DNA of 64,000 nt, taken from NCBI RefSeq assembly GCF_963921235.1, contig NC_086097.1, forward strand, positions 156,304,001 to 156,368,000, given 5' to 3'. Made by a program: the position numbers and the translations under genes. The notes under the pieces were generated by a model. It saw only the letters and a program-made list of their open reading frames with translations, searched no databases and was not told where the DNA came from. Shown in pieces: positions 61,911 to 64,000 of this stretch (position 1 is its first letter; the number at the start of each line of letters is the position of its first letter). The stretch comes from Mobula hypostoma. Its lineage: Eukaryota.

Positions 61911-63204
61911 TTCAGTTAAGAACTGCTTTTGAATGCTTTCTCTTACGATTACACAAACTAAATGATCTCCTAGTGTACCATTAAGTCCATTATTGAACTG
62001 ACAAACCTCAGACATGGCCTCTCCTTCTTTTTATGCTACTTATAAAAACTAAAACATTCTGCAATCAACAATGGCTTAGGTACTAAGTGAGCATCAATGT
62101 TACAATAGCAGCAGAGCTCATTTATGTTGGATTGGCTGGAGCAGTCAAATTTCGAAGTAATCTGTATACCTTTAAACCAAATGAACGCATCAAAGTTGAT
62201 ACTCGCTTCTCATTGGCTATTTCATTTTTTTCAAGATACTGTTCCAATAGTTCAGTATACATGAGACAAATACTTGTTGTGTAATCTAACTCGCCAGTCT
62301 TTCCAATGTAACCACTCATTTCTGATGTTTTCTTAATGGCTATTATCACCCAATACTCACTCCTGATGAACCTATGAATTCCTCCATTTCCTGCCCTTGT
62401 TTAAATTTGAACATGTCTTCCCCTCCAAAGAAAATATCCTGCTCTCTTTCGCCGTTCCTTGCTGTTCTGTTTCTTTTAACTTGAATGTCTCACTGCATTT
62501 AAACTGATCAGTAACCATCTCAGGTTCATTTAAAAAATACCTCGTATGCAATGTTATGTTTTGTAACTTCCAAACTGAATCTGAAATGTGGTCTAACTTT
62601 GAGTTTACTTTAAGCAAGATGTGCACATATCACATGGTAGCGTGATGACATATCTAATTTTATATATATAATTACTCAAATATTGAAATATTAAATGCAC
62701 CACATGCTTTAATCCATGTCACTTGCTGGATGCTGACAAACTACTTTTCTTCACTTCTTGGTGTCTCTCGAGCCCAGCCAACAACTGTCAAGTTTACATA
62801 TTGTCACCTTATGTAAATTGAGCTATCTGCAGTCACTAGATCAACTCTAATAGCAGAATTGTATTGACAGAGCTATATTTCCAAGTTCTCCCTTTTTCCA
62901 AGCAATTCCGAACTTTCAACTAGGTCCAATTTAATATAAAGTACAAGTATGATTTTGTATTCATACATTATACACATCAGCAAATCCAAAAACATTGAGT
63001 GACAATGCCATCGATTCTGAAAAGGAATCACAAGAAATATTCATTGAATCAAATGCCCCTTCATCAGTAAAGTTCAGACTTGTGAGACGGAAGGTAGCCA
63101 AGATGTGCATTCTGAATGTGACTGCAAAATTTCAAGATATTGCAGATACATAACTATATTGTAGATAAATCCAGTACAGACAATTCTTCTATCATTTGCA
63201 ATAT

Positions 63205-63600
63205 TTGGAATCTGAATCAGATTCATTCTCACTGATTTATATGATTCAAACTTGGTTGCTTTGCAGCAGCAGGTCAATGCATAGACAAAAAAATAAATAC
63301 TGCAAATTCCCAAAATAAATAACAAAACAGTGCAAAAAAAAAGATGGAATAATCAGGTGGTAATCAGAAGTATGCATAGAACATTTTAAAATTTGATGGC
63401 TGAGAGGAAGAGTGATGTTCCTGAATCATTGAGTGTGATAGATAATGAGATGAGGGCATGACCCAGATGATGAGGGTCCTTCGTGATGGATGTTGCTTTC
63501 TAGAGGCTCCATCTCTTTGAAGATGTCCTTGATGATGGGGATTTTGACCCCTTGATGGAAATGGCTGAGTCTATAAGCCTCTGCATCTATACATAAACAC
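63205..63600 (-). mobile_element. Rex/Babar 3' fragment
   Basis: Minus-strand IPIIKDIF..SITKDPHHLGHAL remnant and TCTGAATC tail. Confidence 0.65.
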
Positions 63601-64000
63601 ATCTGTAATAAAGGCAAAACACACATGTGGAACAGTTGTTGCTCTGGCGCTCCTCCCAACTTCCTCCTCTACTTTTTCAGTGGGCTGAAATCAGCACAAG
63701 AGGTAATTCGTTAGTGATGCAGTGTGAAGTTTAAAATGAGCTCGAGAAACTTCAACTTTCATTTAGCGGGCTGAAATCAGCGTGGGAGGTTGTTTGCTGG
63801 TGACAGAGCACAAAGTTTATAAAGAGCTTGAGGGCTTTGAGCTTTTAGTGGTCTGCAATCAGCATTGGGACAACTAAAGGAAAGGAGGTGTGAGTGGAGT
63901 GGATATTGTTGCAGTGGGCCAGTTTTAAAGTGGTCTGGATTTGGCTCAACAGGCTTGCAAACGTACAGGCAAAGGTTTTAAGTAAATAACTACAAACGTT

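Larger units (their letters stand above)
54856..62704 (-). mobile_element. Gypsy/Ty3 LTR retrotransposon 2, decayed, four nested insertions
   Basis: LTRs 54856-56211 (split) and 62552-62704 share TGTTA.GTTTTGTAACTTC...TATCACATGGTAGC.TGATGACATAT...TTGAAATATTAAA; gag 62122-62349, protease KLDTGTAFSVIP, RT ~59100-59480, RNase H 57474-57734; TSD not recovered. Confidence 0.88.

Noticed and set aside
54851..62709. Target-site duplication for Gypsy 2
   Set aside because: The flanks TAGTC and TGCTT do not match, so none is claimed

Overview
This is eukaryotic, repeat-dense DNA with no host gene I can recognise. The repeat complement (CR1 LINE subfamilies, V-SINE, DeuSINE and Penelope families) points to a cartilaginous fish, probably a ray or shark; this is an inference. 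CR1 LINEs are abundant, and one young copy keeps an uninterrupted APE+RT ORF2 (25456-28487). The window also holds a complete but decayed PIF/Harbinger transposon (9721-12828), two decayed Gypsy LTR elements, a small non-autonomous LTR element, a solo LTR nested inside another LTR, and Tc1, L2 and Rex1/Babar remnants. Two non-coding AAGATG-headed families appear to parasitise LINEs. The most notable signal is three distinct Penelope-like families. Each carries a minimal type I hammerhead ribozyme motif in its terminal repeat and repeatedly inserts as a foldback structure. One ~200-bp palindromic mini-element is little more than a hammerhead closed by a 69-bp stem, flanked by a 14-bp target-site duplication. 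All calls are by eye; no database searches were run.
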